From Cenococcum geophilum (lineage: Eukaryota), in NCBI GenBank assembly GCA_050273025.1, contig CP158636.1, positions 4,588,001 to 4,652,000 of the forward strand: 64,000 nt of DNA, in the 5' to 3' direction. A program made the translations under genes and the position numbers. Position 1 is the stretch's first letter, and every line of letters starts with the position of its first letter. The notes beneath the pieces are model-generated. The model was given only the letters and a program-made list of their open reading frames with translations, made no database searches and was not told the DNA's origin. Below are positions 26,001-39,900 of the stretch, piece after piece.

Positions 26001-28123
26001 TAGCCTATATTCTATTTTCCATAAGTTATCTTTCTTATTTATTAGCTTAGTATAGTATTTAATATTTCTAGCTTTTCTTTATAGCTATATAGGGTCTAAG
26101 TCCTTTATAGTTAACTTAGCTAGGTTACTACTAGCTTTCTAGATCTTTAATATAGGTAGCGTAGTATAGCTAGTTTAGGGGTAGTGTAGTATATAGATCT
26201 ATTACGGGTTAAGCTGTATATCTTTTTTAAAGGCCTAGTCCCTATATATAGCATCTGCTTAGTAAATAGTATTAATCTAGGGCTATATAAGGTTTTTTTT
26301 ATTATAATACTAATTTCTTTTATAAAAAAAGGGGTTAGGGGTATGGTTTTAGGCTTAATAAGCCGCTTACTCTATGTATTAAGCTATAAGCCTAAATAGG
26401 CTAGCCATTTTCTTTTTAAGATTATATTATAGCTTCCTAGGTCCGTAATAAGGAAGGGGATATTATATTATGTTTATCCGTTAATACGGAGGTAAATTCG
26501 TAAGATAGTTATAATAATAGGTAGCCCTATCCGCCCGTTATACCCATAAATAGAAATTAGTTTAGGTAGTTCTTTAATAGGTATATTTAAAAAGTTAGCC
26601 AGCTTTATAGTATACTAGGTATCTATTAAGGTAAAGGTATTTACTTTAAAGTTAGCTAAAGTAAAGGTTAAAACTTAATATTTATTATAGAATAAAGTAT
26701 AAGGGATAGTGCAGCTTTTTCTACTAACTAGCTAACCTAGATTAATATATAATATATTAATCCCTTTTAACCTTAGAGAGGAGTCTTCCTTTAGGGTTCC
26801 TCTTTTTCTAACTCTACGCTATTTTTCTAGATTAATAGGACCTTGTCCGCTTTTATATTTGTTAGGTAATTCTTTATATAGTAGCCTTTCTAACTATAAG
26901 AGAAGTAAGCCTTTTAATTACTAAGGGACTATATATAGGGGTTACTATATATAGGCTAAGCATTCGCTAGACCTATAGTAGGACTGGCTATATAGCTAGC
27001 TACTAAATTAGCGGTAGGCTGTACTAGTAGTGCTAAGGGGTTACTAATTATACTAGGATATTGCGGGCCGTTTTTATATTACTTATAGTTTAATTTAAAG
27101 GGTTTTTGGCCTTATACTATTTAGCATATACCTTAATTTAGTAGAGGCCTTAGTTAATAGCTAAGCACTAGTCCGTAAGTTCTTTTAGCGTTTATATAAT
27201 AGTAAAAACTAGTAGTACGGCTTGCTATAGGTTTAGAGTAAGCTTATTAAATAGGTCTAGCATTAGATCTTCCTAGGAAATTTAAGCCTAGCTAGCTAGG
27301 TATAGAAAGCGGGTCTAAAAAGCTAAGAAGGTCTCTATTATTTTTATATTTAGGCTTTTATAATTAAGTTAGGTATTTTATACTTTAAAGGGGTCCTTAT
27401 AGATAGAAGACAGGTAGATAATTATCTCTTCTTTAGAGAGGAAGGGATTTACTAAGTTCTATACGTATTACGGATATAGGTGCGTCTATATATCCCCGCT
27501 GGTATAGCTAAAAATACAGGCTATTTTAGCCTAAGTAGTAGGGAAGTAATCTGTATTAACTTTAAGCTTATCTTATAATTAAAGCTTCTAATTATTAAAT
27601 ATAGGGTTAGTTCTATCTATAAGTAATAGGGGGTCTATAATCTTTACGGACTATAACAATGCTAATGCTATATATTAGGCTAGGGTCTTAAGGACTATAG
27701 TAAGTCTTTAGGTGCTTAATAACTTTTTACTAGGTATAGAGGGTTTTTTTAGCTTTAAGCAGCTCTTAAAGTTATTTAATTTTAGTATTAGCTGCTGTAA
27801 GCTCCTCTTAGGAGTTTAAGTTAGTTGCTATTTTACTATTAAAGGTATTTAAGGGTCCTGCGGCTACTTTACCGGCTACTATATTTCTTAGTATAGTAGT
27901 ATAGTTATTAGGGTAACTTCTAGTAGGATTTTATAGGGGTTCTAGTTTATGCTTATTCTATAGGTCTTATTATTCTTTTCTATTCTTTAAGTTCTAGTAA
28001 TAGTCTTTAGGTCTACTTCTATGTTCCATTCTTATTTATAGTCCTATAGATATATTTAAGTTCCTTTTTAGGAAGAAAGGGTAGTTTAAGCTTTAATAAT
28101 ATTAGCGACTTAGTTAATTAAAG

Positions 28124-28426
28124 TATAAGCACGGTAAGAAGGACGCATATAAGCCTATATAATTAGATTGTCTATAAATAAAGATCTAAAGCTAAAAAAA
28201 AAGGAAAGGAGGTAGGGGGTAGCGCCGCTTAACGTTATATATATACCTCTAGTTATATAATAGTAATTATTTAAAACTATATAAAATTATCTGCAACTAT
28301 CTGCTATAATCTACTAATATCTATTAGCTATAATCTACTAGTTTTTACTAGCGCTGTAATACTGCCCGCTATAATATACTAGTATCTATTAGCTATAATC
28401 TACTAGTTTCTACTAGCGCTATAATA
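28124..28426 (-). repeat. 5' LTR of Gypsy B, with an internal ~43-bp duplication (28319-28361 / 28384-28426)
   Basis: tataagcacgg...cgctataata (RIPed TG..CA) immediately upstream of gag; outer boundary ambiguous because of the duplication. Confidence 0.65.
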
Positions 28427-28939
28427 TAAGGGGGTAAATAGCGTAAGTAGGTTAGGTGATTACGCCTATATCTATTATACTACGCTTTTTTTATAGCTAA
28501 TATAGCTACTATATAGAGCCCGTCTCCGTTAGGAGATTAAATATATAAAATTTCCTCTATTAAAAAAGAAAATAGAGATCTAACTACCGGTTTTAGAGGG
28601 TTCTATCGCCTTTTTTTAGAGGTCGCGTTGCTAAAACTCCCCGCTACCCTAAGCCTCTTACTTACCAGTCTAACGTTAGGCCTCTCGTTTACTACCTTAT
28701 ACCCCTTACTTTTTAATAAGCAGACTATAATCCTTCCACGCGCCTAGCGCTAAAGCTATATATACTCTATCCTTTACATTATTACTTACGTCCTATAAAT
28801 TGTGGCCCGTGTATACTAATTAATAAGCTGCATTCCTAGGCGGTTAATCGTTTTGCCGCATTACTAAAGGTCTTAACTAAAGCTACGAATATATTAAAAT
28901 GTTGGTATATATTATATATAGACACTTATTCTATAGTAT

Positions 28940-30785
28940 TAAGCCAATCTACGTGTTCCTACTAACACGGACCGTCTTTACATAGTGGTATTTGACAGAG
29001 TCTATAACCGTACGTTGTTCTTGGCGACTTTAAGGTCTCTTAAACTTCTTACTATCGTGTAATCTCTTTATTATATTTACTAAAAGCTTACAAAGAGGCT
29101 TCCTGCTTAAAAGCTTCTTAATTTAACTCTTCCTTCCTACCTCCAAGCATGTAGAGTAAGTTATCTGCTTTATATTAATTATAACTGCCTTATATCCATA
29201 ATATATCGCTAGGTACTACTATATTTAATCTATAGAGACCCACGCACGATTGTTTTAAGGTATTTAGGTAGAGAGCTTAAAGAGAGAGTTTATAAGTCGT
29301 TTAAGGAACTTCTTATAGCCACTTTATCTCGGCTAGCCGTTAGTAGCGTAGGAAGATAGCTTATAGTAATTGGTAACAATTATATTAAGGAGGAAGTAGA
29401 GTTAAGGCTTTTAAGTCTTGCGGTAGCGTTAGAGGGAGCTATAATAAGATCTTATCTAATTAGTAGTATTAACGCCTTTTATATAGTAATTATAAAGGTT
29501 AATAAACAGCGAAATCTATAACTCCTTAACTATATCGCTGCTAAAGATCTTCTAAGTTATTATAGTACCGGTGGAGGTCTTTATAGGGCGTCGTTGTCGC
29601 CGTTTAATTAATTAATATCCTGCAATAGATAACGTCAGATATTATTTTTAGTAGTAGAGCCTTATCTTAAGTTTTATTTAGGTAGTAAACTTACTATTAA
29701 GGACCGTACTTATAAATAGCACTATATTTAAATCTTTTTAGGCAAATTAAGCAACCGTAGAGTCTTTAGAAAGCTCTCTATATAAAGAACCCCACGGTAT
29801 CTAGTTATTAAATACTAATTTAAGTTCTGCGAGGGAGGAGCTGATTTGCTTAATTAGAGCTTTATACTAGGCCTTAACTTTACCTAAAGCCTCCTCCTAC
29901 TCCTCCCGCTTTATTTTAGTAGTGCGTATAGTCTCTAATGCACTAATTCCTACCTCTTAAAGCCTAGAGAGTAGCTTAACGCTTATAAATAAGTTATTAA
30001 GCCAAACTATGTGTTTATTTAATAGATAAAGTAGCTTATTAGTAAGGTCGTCTCTTTATAATAGTAAGTTAAGTACTACTACCTGCGTCTTAAAAAAGCC
30101 TTCCTCCTTTATATATACCTTATCTAGATTATACAGACCTTTCTTATTACCTTTAGCGTGGAATATTTAATTAAAAACGTAGCCTTAATTGCCCAAAACC
30201 CAGATTTTAAAGCCCTCTGGCGTTGGCTTAGTGGGAATATTAACGATTTTAGGAGCTTGGCTAGTAAACCGTTTAATCGTCTTATTAACGGCAAGGTGCA
30301 TACTAGGGGTGTAGAGCTTCCTATAGAGCACGCGTAGGTACTTACTAAGGTCCTAAATCTTTTTAAAAGTATTTTAGAAGGCTTTGTTATTATCTTCTTG
30401 TAGTTTAGTGCAGTAGAAGTAGCGGTTAATTTAGCGAAATCTATTAAGTCTAATAAAGTTCCGAATAAAGTGTATTAAGATATAACTAAAGTCTTTATAC
30501 CAATACTCCTTAATGCTGCTTTCTATATATAGCCCTATATAAATTAGTACTGCCAAGTATATATACAGCTCTACTCTTAATATTAGCTTCCACTTCTACG
30601 GGCGTCCCTTTAGAGTCTTATCCTCTGAGGTCTAGTAGAGCTCCACGTTCTTATTTATATACTCTATAAGTTAATCTAAAATTTTATCTATAAAGAATAG
30701 CTTAAATAGCTGTAGGGGGTCGCTATTATTGACGTTGGAAGGAAGATTCGGCTTACTATAGGTATTTTCGTTCTTAATAGGAAGA
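28940..30785 (-). pseudogene. piggyBac-type DDD transposase, main part (N-terminus at 51783-51877)
   Basis: Reads DPLQLFKLFF..., TPSMHLAV(D)(E)TI.RFT.(R)AP.IVNIPTKPTPEGFKIWVL and C-terminal Cys-rich RTTYG(C)RLCQIPLCKDGPC; ATG at 51877 (MGFVPYTKH) runs in frame across TSD gaaga. Confidence 0.88.
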
Positions 30786-31312
30786 TATAACGAAGCCTTG
30801 TAGCAGGAACTACGGTAAACTTATTAATAGGCTAGGTATATAGGTAAATAAGAAGTTAACAACGTAATATAACTAGTGGAGTAGTTGCCTAATAGATTAA
30901 CTCTAATTATATTCTGAGATTTACTACAAAGGAGAGAACTATTTAGGTAGGGACTGTAGTCCTTTAAATACACAACCATACTCCTAAGAAATCCCCTTTA
31001 TATATAAGGTACGTGTTATATATATTATATATACGTTCCTTTTATATACTGCGTATACTGCGTATAACGTTATATAACCTTAGTTACTATTCCTTATTAT
31101 ATAGCTCTATTAGCTCTATTTTAGACTATGCCTAAATTAACTAACTAGCTTCTTCTGTCTCTTTTCCTAGTAGTTATAATATTATACTTAAAGCGTCTAT
31201 AATACTATCTCCCTCCTTTTTATCTTCGTCCTTAAAGACGCTTAATATCTTTAAGTTATTTACTAGAGGTGTAATATCCGTCTAATTAATTTAGTTAATA
31301 TTATTACTTATT

Positions 31313-31985
31313 ATACCTAAAGCTTCTTCTTCTTCGCAAGCGTAACGTCGTGCTTATACTATTACTGCAATATTATCTCTTAGTAAGATTATACTGTCTC
31401 TATATTCTCGTTATTTAAAAAAGGGGTTAATCTATATTGCGTTAGCGAGTCTATCTTCGCGATAACTGTCTTTTTATTTAAAGTGCACTAAAGCAAATAT
31501 TTATTTGTTCTATAATATTTACTTTATCTCTAATACTAAATATACGCAACCTATTGCCCTTAATAGTCGTCTAATTCCCTAGTTAATTTATCTTAGGGTT
31601 TTATATTTAATCTACTACTACACGGCTAGATAGTAAACTATCTTAAGCTCTTACTAATTTAAAATACTCTTATAACGCGGAACAGAAGGCTCTAAAAGCC
31701 TATATTACAGCGTTTGCTTAATTACTCCGTCTTAAAAGGGTTTGTAAGAAGGTCTGTTTTAAGAAGTAAAAACTTATAAAATAAGGTTTATAGGAACTTA
31801 GTAATAAAAAAACAAATTCTCTTCTGGCCAAAAAGGAAACAGATTTAAGTAGTTTAGTAACTGCTCTTTTTAGGTCCCCCTTAAGTGACTTATTTTTTAG
31901 TAATCCTTTTTTTATTAATACTGCCTAACCTAATTTCTTCCGATACTCCTATACCTTTCTTATAGCGTTTTTTAGATTTTCTAGT
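31313..31985 (+). pseudogene. Antisense Zn2Cys6/coiled-coil gene of Gypsy-A copy 3
   Basis: Same layout as copy 4; end approximate. Confidence 0.65.
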
Positions 31986-33951
31986 AGTTCCTAGGTAGTT
32001 TTATTATAGCCTATCTACTTAACCTTATACTATATTTTATCGTTAATGTCCTTATAACTAACGATCTTTAAAACTTACTATTTATCTTCTTCCTATTCTC
32101 TATATGTATCTACTTTATAAACTAGTGGCTTAATATTCTTATATACTAGCTCTAGCATTATAATATACTATATAGGGTAGATTTTTATCTTAGCTGGTAG
32201 GTTTAACTTAAACGTAACCGGTAAAATCCTTTATATAATTTTAAAAGGTCTTAGTCTAACGTAGTTTAACTTCTTACTTAGTTATTCACTCTTAAAATTT
32301 TTATATAGTAGCTATACTTTATCTCCCTCCTTAAGATCTAGTCCCTTAGATCTCTTAGTGTTATAGTACCTTTTTATTCTTTCTTATACTTTCTTTACTA
32401 ATTCTATAAGGTCTATATAAAGATTTATTAGTGTTTATATTTTTTCTTTAGCTGTACTACTTATTTTCTTTACTTATTATAGTAATAACGATATTCTTAG
32501 CTTATATCTATAATTTGCCTTAAATAGTAATATGCCTATTCCTTCCTATAGTGTTATATTATATATAAACTATATAACTAATAATAGCGATACCTAATTA
32601 TTCTATACGTAATTAATATAATATCTTAGATACTATTTTAGTGTCTAATTTAATTTTTCTATTTAACCGTCTGTCTGCGGATAATATGCGGTAGAAGTTA
32701 CTGCTTTAACTCCTTACTCCACTAAGAATACCTCCTAAAATACTACTACGAATCTTAAATCTCTATCCAATATAATTTTATTTAGTGTTCCGTGTCTTAT
32801 AAATACTTCCTTAATATAGATTTTAGCGATATCTTCTGTATATATTATAAAGTATCCCTACTTTATAAGCTTATCTACTATTACTAAGATTATATTATGC
32901 CCTTATCCAGTAATAGGATCTCTTAACTTTAGTAACTTAATAATAAAGTCCCATAATATAACCTCCTATAGTCTTTTTAGTATTTTAATAGGTTATAGCC
33001 CTCCGTATAGCTTATACCTTATTAGTTTATTCCTTTAGCAATCTAGATACTCTTTTATTACTTTTCTTACGATATTTTAGATTCCGTTAATAATATATTC
33101 TTCCTAAAGTCTTAACATTAAGCCCGTTGCTCTATTATGTCCTTAAGTTATTCCCTTATAGAAGTCTTCTACGAAATGCTCTACTATGCTCTTTAGGATA
33201 TATTTCGCTTCTTAATTTTTATATATATCTATCTATAGATCTTCTAATTATGCTTTTAGAATTCTCTATACCTAAAAGCTTTTTAGTATCTCGTAGACTC
33301 TTTCCAGTTCGTTATCCTCTTAAGTTGCTACTAGTTTAGGGTGATTGTATCTAATCCATCTATCTTTATCTCTGCGTAGTATTGCTCCTAATAGTTTCTC
33401 ATTATTCTATAGTTTAGCTTTTCTGCTAAGTATATCTGCCCTTGTATTTTTAGTTCCCTTAGTATACTAAATCTTAAAATGGTATTCTATAAGTATCTTT
33501 GCCTATCTAACCTATCTTTAATTAAGTTCTTTTATTATTAGGAACCCCGTTAGGTTCTTATAATCTATCTTAACTATAAATAGTTTCTCTACGCCTTATA
33601 AGAATGCTCTCTATTTCTTAAATACTATAACTATACCTAATAACTCCTTATTATAGACGTCATAGTTTAACTCTAGTAGTGTTATCTTTTTACTATAATA
33701 TAATACTAGATACTATATGTCCTTATACTTCTATAGCAAGCATACTCCTAATACGTAGTTTAATACGTCTATTTCTATAATCGTATCTAGTCCTAGTTAG
33801 TAGATCTTAAGGATTAGCTCCTAGGTAAATAACTTCTTAAGTTTTTTAAATAACTTTTTTTATTTGTTTCCTTACGCCTATAGTTTCTCTTTCTTTATAA
33901 GCCTGGTAAATAGTTTAATATTTTTTAACTATTATACTATAAACCTTCTAT

Positions 33952-36900
33952 TGTTACGGACGCTTTAAGTACAATGTTATGACTACTTGGAGAAGAGACG
34001 GAAGAAGCTAGTTAGTTGATACAAGCACGGTCTAGGATGGAGCCGATAGAACTATGTGACGAGGAATAGTAACCGAGGTCACGTGGGGTGATCTGTATAA
34101 TCTGTAGGATCTGCGTAATCCGTAACAGAGTAGATAGAGCATACGTACATTACGTATAAGAAGGATTTTATAGGAGTACGGTTGTGTATTTAAGGACCCT
34201 TAGTCCCTACCTAGATAGTTCCTTCCTTATAGTGATTCTTAGAATACAATTAGAGTTAATCTGTTAGGCAACCACTCTACTAGTTATTATTACTTGTCGA
34301 CTTTTATACTTGCATTTCCTATATACCTAGCCTAATAATAGGACCCATTGTAGTTCTTGCTATAAGGTTCCGTTACATAATTACTACCTAGTTACGGTAT
34401 TAAATATAGAAAGTCGGATAACATGCCACTAAAAGCAGCCACCATAACGCCATTAACGGCGGCAACTACTTTAAGGTTAGGTAACGACACTAGTATAGTA
34501 GACACTGACTTATAGCAACCTGTAACGGTCGGACAGTTATAAGAAATAGTCGACTAGTTAATAGAAAATAATGCAGCGTTGGAAAATAGGATTAATGGGA
34601 TAGGCGCAGCAAAGGTTAAGTTACTATCGATTAAAAGGTACTTGGGAGAGAGATTAAAGCTTAAAGGATTTCTTATATAGATACACTTTAAGGTAGTATA
34701 GAAGGGAGTAAAGCTGGTAATACCTATGGATTAAATAGCGTACGCGGGATTGTTCTTAATAGGAAGAGCACTTAAATGGTTCGAGCCTTACCTTATGGAA
34801 ATCTAGGTAAACGGAATGATAACTACGAACTAAGAGGTACGGTTTATGTTCTTAAGCTAGAATAAATTTATAGAGCGATTTATATAAATATTCGGAGACC
34901 TAAAGGCAGTAACTACGGCGGAAAGAAAACTCTAAGACATTATATAGTAAACCTTAGCAATTAAGTACACAACGCAGTTCTAGATATTAGCGATATAAGT
35001 AGAGTGAAATAATAGGGCGCTTATAGCATAGTATAAACAGGGACTTAAGGCTAAAGTCTAGGACGTAATTATCCTAATAGAAGATGCGGACACCCTAAGG
35101 GAACTAATAGATTAAGCGATTAAGATCAATAATTGGATTTACTAAAGGGAATAGGCTAAGAGAGGCTAGGATAGAGTTCTATAGTTATATAAGGCGTAGA
35201 GTACGCAACAACCGAAGCTAAGTTAAAAACTATAGTATAGCGTAGAGTTAATGGACCTAAATGGTACTAAAGAAGCCTATAAGAGATGGAGTAAGAAACT
35301 ATAAAAACCTAGAGGTTAAGGATCTAGTAATTATAGGACTAAGGAGCAGAGGCTAAACTAAGGATCTTAGTAGCAGAAGACGTTTAGGTAGACTCCATAG
35401 TAAAAGCAATAGTTTAGAGAAGGAGCTTATATAAATTACGGAAAATAAGGTTACTTTATAAGGGATTGCAAAGATGGTTAGAGATACTATATAATAAAGG
35501 GAATAAGACTAATAGTAGATAATATACACGTATAGAGGAATAATAATGTGCTACGAGGAACAAAAGAGTGTTTAATTAAAAGTTTTACATTTTATTACAA
35601 TAACGCATACCGAATTTATAAAGACGCTAAGTATGGCGTAAGCTATTAGCTATAGGAGCTAGCACCTATAAGATATAGAGGAACTAATAAACTAGTTTAC
35701 AGATCGGATATTGAGGACGATAAATTTAACGTAGGCGAAATATTCCGTAACGATAAGGCAATAAGAGCGGTTTACTAGAAACACATAGCTATTAAAGATG
35801 TTATACTAGAGGTAGAGGATAATTCCACTATAGAATAGGGAATATTAGTAGGGATTAAGACCCCACTAGATATAATGTCTATCGCTTTATAAAACGCAAG
35901 AGAAGTAAGATAGTAAGCTACTTTGGCACTTAATAAAGGCAAGAAGCCAAAGGCTTAAGATTCTTAAGATAAGATAAGAGACGACTAAGATTCTTAAGAC
36001 GAGATAAGGTAAGCTTAAAAACCCATAATAGACAATAACCAATAGAGTAGAGTAGTAGCTTAGTTTAAAAATATATAAATAAGCTTGGGACGAAGTTTCC
36101 TACAGATACAAGATTCTTAAGACAAGATGAGTGAGATTTAAGACTCTTAAGATAAGATAAGAATACTAAGTAAGCCTAGTTAAACTAAGGCTGGAGCTAA
36201 GCTTAAGTTAGAAACAAGCTTAGGATTAAAGAATCTAAGGGATTAAGAATTCGGAGTACGAATTAGGACACCTATAGGTAAGAGGCAAGGAGCTTCTTTA
36301 TAGATTAGAGAATCTGCAATATAAATAGTAACTAGATTAGGAGACAGATATATAGACCTAAAGGACTTACTAGTTAAATAAAGTATTTAAACTAAAGATT
36401 AAAAAGTTAATACCAAGATTAAGAAGTAAGAAGACTTTAAGGATTAGAGTATAAGGTGCAAACAAAAAAAAACTATAGAAGAATTTAGGTAAAGAATTAT
36501 CGTATAGCAAGAACAGAAACTAGATAAGAGATCTAGCATATTAGGACGTATAAAGGATAGGGCGCTAGTACAAAGAATTACTAATAGGCCGAGAGTAGGC
36601 ACACTAAGAGCTAAGTGGCTTACCGAACTAGAAGATGAAGAGGATCTTAGGATCCCTATTAGGTTTAAAGAACAATATATAAAGGGCTGTCATAATATAG
36701 TAATAAGAAGATACTTCCTTACGGATAAACCGTATACACTTTAGTAGCTGTACTAAAAGTGGTATAGGTAAAGGCATAATAATAAGTAGGAAGATTTTTA
36801 TATATAGTTGGATAAATAAGTTATCTAGGACCACCCGATTACGGAAAAAGCTATAAATCACATTAAAGGAGCCTTAATTATGACGTTAAAGGATCTAAAG

Positions 36901-39900
36901 GAACAATTAGAGGACTAGAGAAGTAAGAGACGTATCTTAGTACCTATAAACAAAGTTATAACGTTTAGATTAGTATAATAAAGGTTTAAACTTAGGGATA
37001 AAGACGAGCTAAAAGTTAACCTAAAGCACCTAGCACACTATACGTTATTATGGATTACGTATATGGACGACATATACGAGATATATAAGAATCCAAAAGA
37101 AAAGAATTGGAAATACCCTATAAGGATATATTAGATAATAGATAAGCAATAATATAGAAATGCTAAGTATATATACGGCTGGCATTTAGTAGAAGTTTAG
37201 GAGTTAAGCGACTTAATACTTTAACTAAAAAGATTCCTTACGGAAGAATGCTTAGACGGATAATAGTGGTGGGAATGCCTAGAGAATATATATCTATAGT
37301 ATATAGAGGATAAAAAGCGAACTAGGCATTAGTTAAAGAGTAAGCTAAGTATAATAGGATTAAGTAGCTAATAGTTAGGAAAAGTAGAGGCCCACAGGAC
37401 TAAAGGGAGCTAGTAGTAGAGCCTTAGACCCTTAAAGGAATTTAAGGACGACACCTAAATTTACGAGTTAAATAGTAAGATTAATAGTTTAAAGCGCTAA
37501 TAGATAGTAAAGTAATATAAAACTATATCTTACTAGTAGTAGTTAAGAGAATAGGATTACCTTATAGATAAAAGGAGGAACTTTACCTATTAGTAATAAT
37601 TTTAGGAGATCCAATAGCCTATGGAGGAGGGATTATTAATCTTAAAATAGGACCTATTTAGTTAACTATTAAAGGGAGATAAATTAAGATATCTTTTAAT
37701 ATCCTACTATTAGGACGGGATAAGGCAGTATTAGGCATGCCTTAGTTATAGGAATACAATCTAAAGATTAATTGGATTATAGGTTAGGTTAATATTAAGG
37801 ATACTTAACGCCGTAAGATGCGATAATAAGCTAAGTTAGTATAGTACTAAGTTAAAGCGATATATAAAGAGACTAAGTGAGGCTTAAGTTACGTACTAAA
37901 GAGATACTATAAGTATGGTAAGAAACTATGGTTACCGGAAAGTAAAAAGCTATTAGAGTATATAGTATAGGACTATAAGATAGAGTTAAAACTAGAAATA
38001 AGTTTAAAGTTTTTTTTAATCTATAAGCTTACCGAAGAAGAAGGTAGAGTATTAAAAGAGTTTATCTAGGAGAACTTATAAAAGGGATATATTAGACCAT
38101 CGTAGTTATTAGCGGGTTATCCAGTACTATTCGTACTAAAGAAAAACGGCAAACTAAGGCTGTGTATTAACTATAGATAGTTAAACAGCATTACTAGGAA
38201 GGATAGGTATCCTTTACCCTTAATTAGCGAAATCTAAGATAGGATAGGCAACGCGTAAATCTTTACGAAGATAAATCTAAGATAGGCGTACTATTAGATT
38301 AGAATTAAGAAAGGCAACAAATAAAAGGCAGCCTTTAGGTTAAAGGAAGGACTATATAAGCTATTAGTTATATAATTTAGGCTTATAAATATACTAGTAA
38401 CGTTCTAGAAGCGTATTAACAATATATTAGGGAAACACTTAGATAAATTCGTTATAGTATATCTCAATAATAATATTATCTACTTAATAACTAAGGAAGA
38501 ATACGGAGAACACGTTAAATAGGTTTTAAAGAGACTATAAGAAAAACAGATACTAGTAGTAATTAAGAAATACAAGTTCTTCACCAGAAAGACCAATTTT
38601 ATTAGATTTATTATTAAACTAGGCCAACTTAGTATAGATCTAAAAAAGATCGAGGCTATAGTAAATTAGCAAGAACTAAAGAACGTTATATAGTTAAGAT
38701 TGTTTCTAGGGTTTTACAATTACTATAGAAGGTTTATAGCGCAATAGTTAAAGGATATTAAGCCATTTACGCAATTAATAAAGAAAGAAGAACTATAGGT
38801 ATAGGGAGAGGAGTAACGAGAACTCTTTAGGAAAGTTAAAAAGTTGTTTACCTAGGAGCCAGTTCTTAAGATCTATTAACTAGGACTAAAGACAGTTATA
38901 AAAATAAATATATTAGACTATATATTAGGGGCGTACTTTATATAAAAATATTAAGATGGATAGCACCTAGTGGCATACTATAGTTAAAAGATAATACTAC
39001 TAGAGTTAAACTATGATATTTATAACAAGGAGTTATTAGGTATAGTTATAGTATTAAAGAAATAGAGAGCATTTTTACAAGGTATAGAGAAACTATTTAT
39101 AGTTAAAACGGATTATAAGAACCTAACAGAATTCCTAATAATAAAGGAACTTAACTAAAGATAGGTTAGATGGGCAGAGATACTTACGGAATACTATTTT
39201 AAAATTTAGTATATTAAGGGTATAGACAACACGCAAGCAGATGCTCTAAGTTAAAAAGCTAAACTATAGAACAATGAAAAGCTATTAGGGGCTTTACTAC
39301 GAAAAGATATAGACGGATTAATCAGGTATAATTATCCAAAAATTATAGTAACTTAAGAGAGTAATAAACTAGAGAAAGTCTACGAGATACTAGAAAGCTT
39401 TTGGGCGTAAAGAATTCTAAAAGTATAACTAGAAGATCTATAGACGGATATATACGAAAATTAAGAAGTAAAGTATATCCTAAGAAGTATAGCAGAGCAA
39501 TTTATAGAGGAATTCTATAGGGGATTAACTTAAGGATATAATAGAGCTATAGGCTTAGTGTTAAGACTCTAAGAGGAGTATATTATTAATATAATCTAAA
39601 GAATAGCTAGGAGGGTTATAAAAGAATACCTAGATTACTAAAGGAATAAACTGACGAGGTATAAGCTATATAGAGGGCTACAACCTATTAAAACACCAGA
39701 AAGACTATAGGAGGTTATATTATAGGACTTTATTATAAAGTTACTAAAGTTAAGAGATCCTATTACCGGACAAGATTATAACGCAATCTTAGTAATAGTA
39801 GACAAGCTTATAAAGTAGGGATACTTTATAGTATATACGGAAGAAATCTTAGTAGAAAATATCGCTAGAATCTATATTAAAGAAGTATTTATAAAATATA

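Larger units (their letters stand above)
8399..28426 (-). mobile_element. Ty3/Gypsy family B, RIP-degraded, in three pieces (8399-8986, 15029-15231, 23953-28426); 3' end not seen
   Basis: Minus-strand integrase (de-RIP YHPQTDGQTEIVNQYLDQRLR ~8770-8830; PIPERPWQHISMDF ~15125-15175; YYWPKM..DIDRYIRNC ~23950-24000), RNase H/RT 24600-25700, protease ~26500-26700, CCHC knuckle ~26860-26905, gag to ~28030, 5' LTR ~28124-28426. Pieces rejoin across TSDs. Confidence 0.88.

Noticed and set aside
21442..36861. Hydrophobic short ORFs (21442, 33127, 36628; also 56159, 56980) resembling membrane or secreted peptides
   Set aside because: Antisense or off-frame readings of AT-rich RIPed retroelement sequence.
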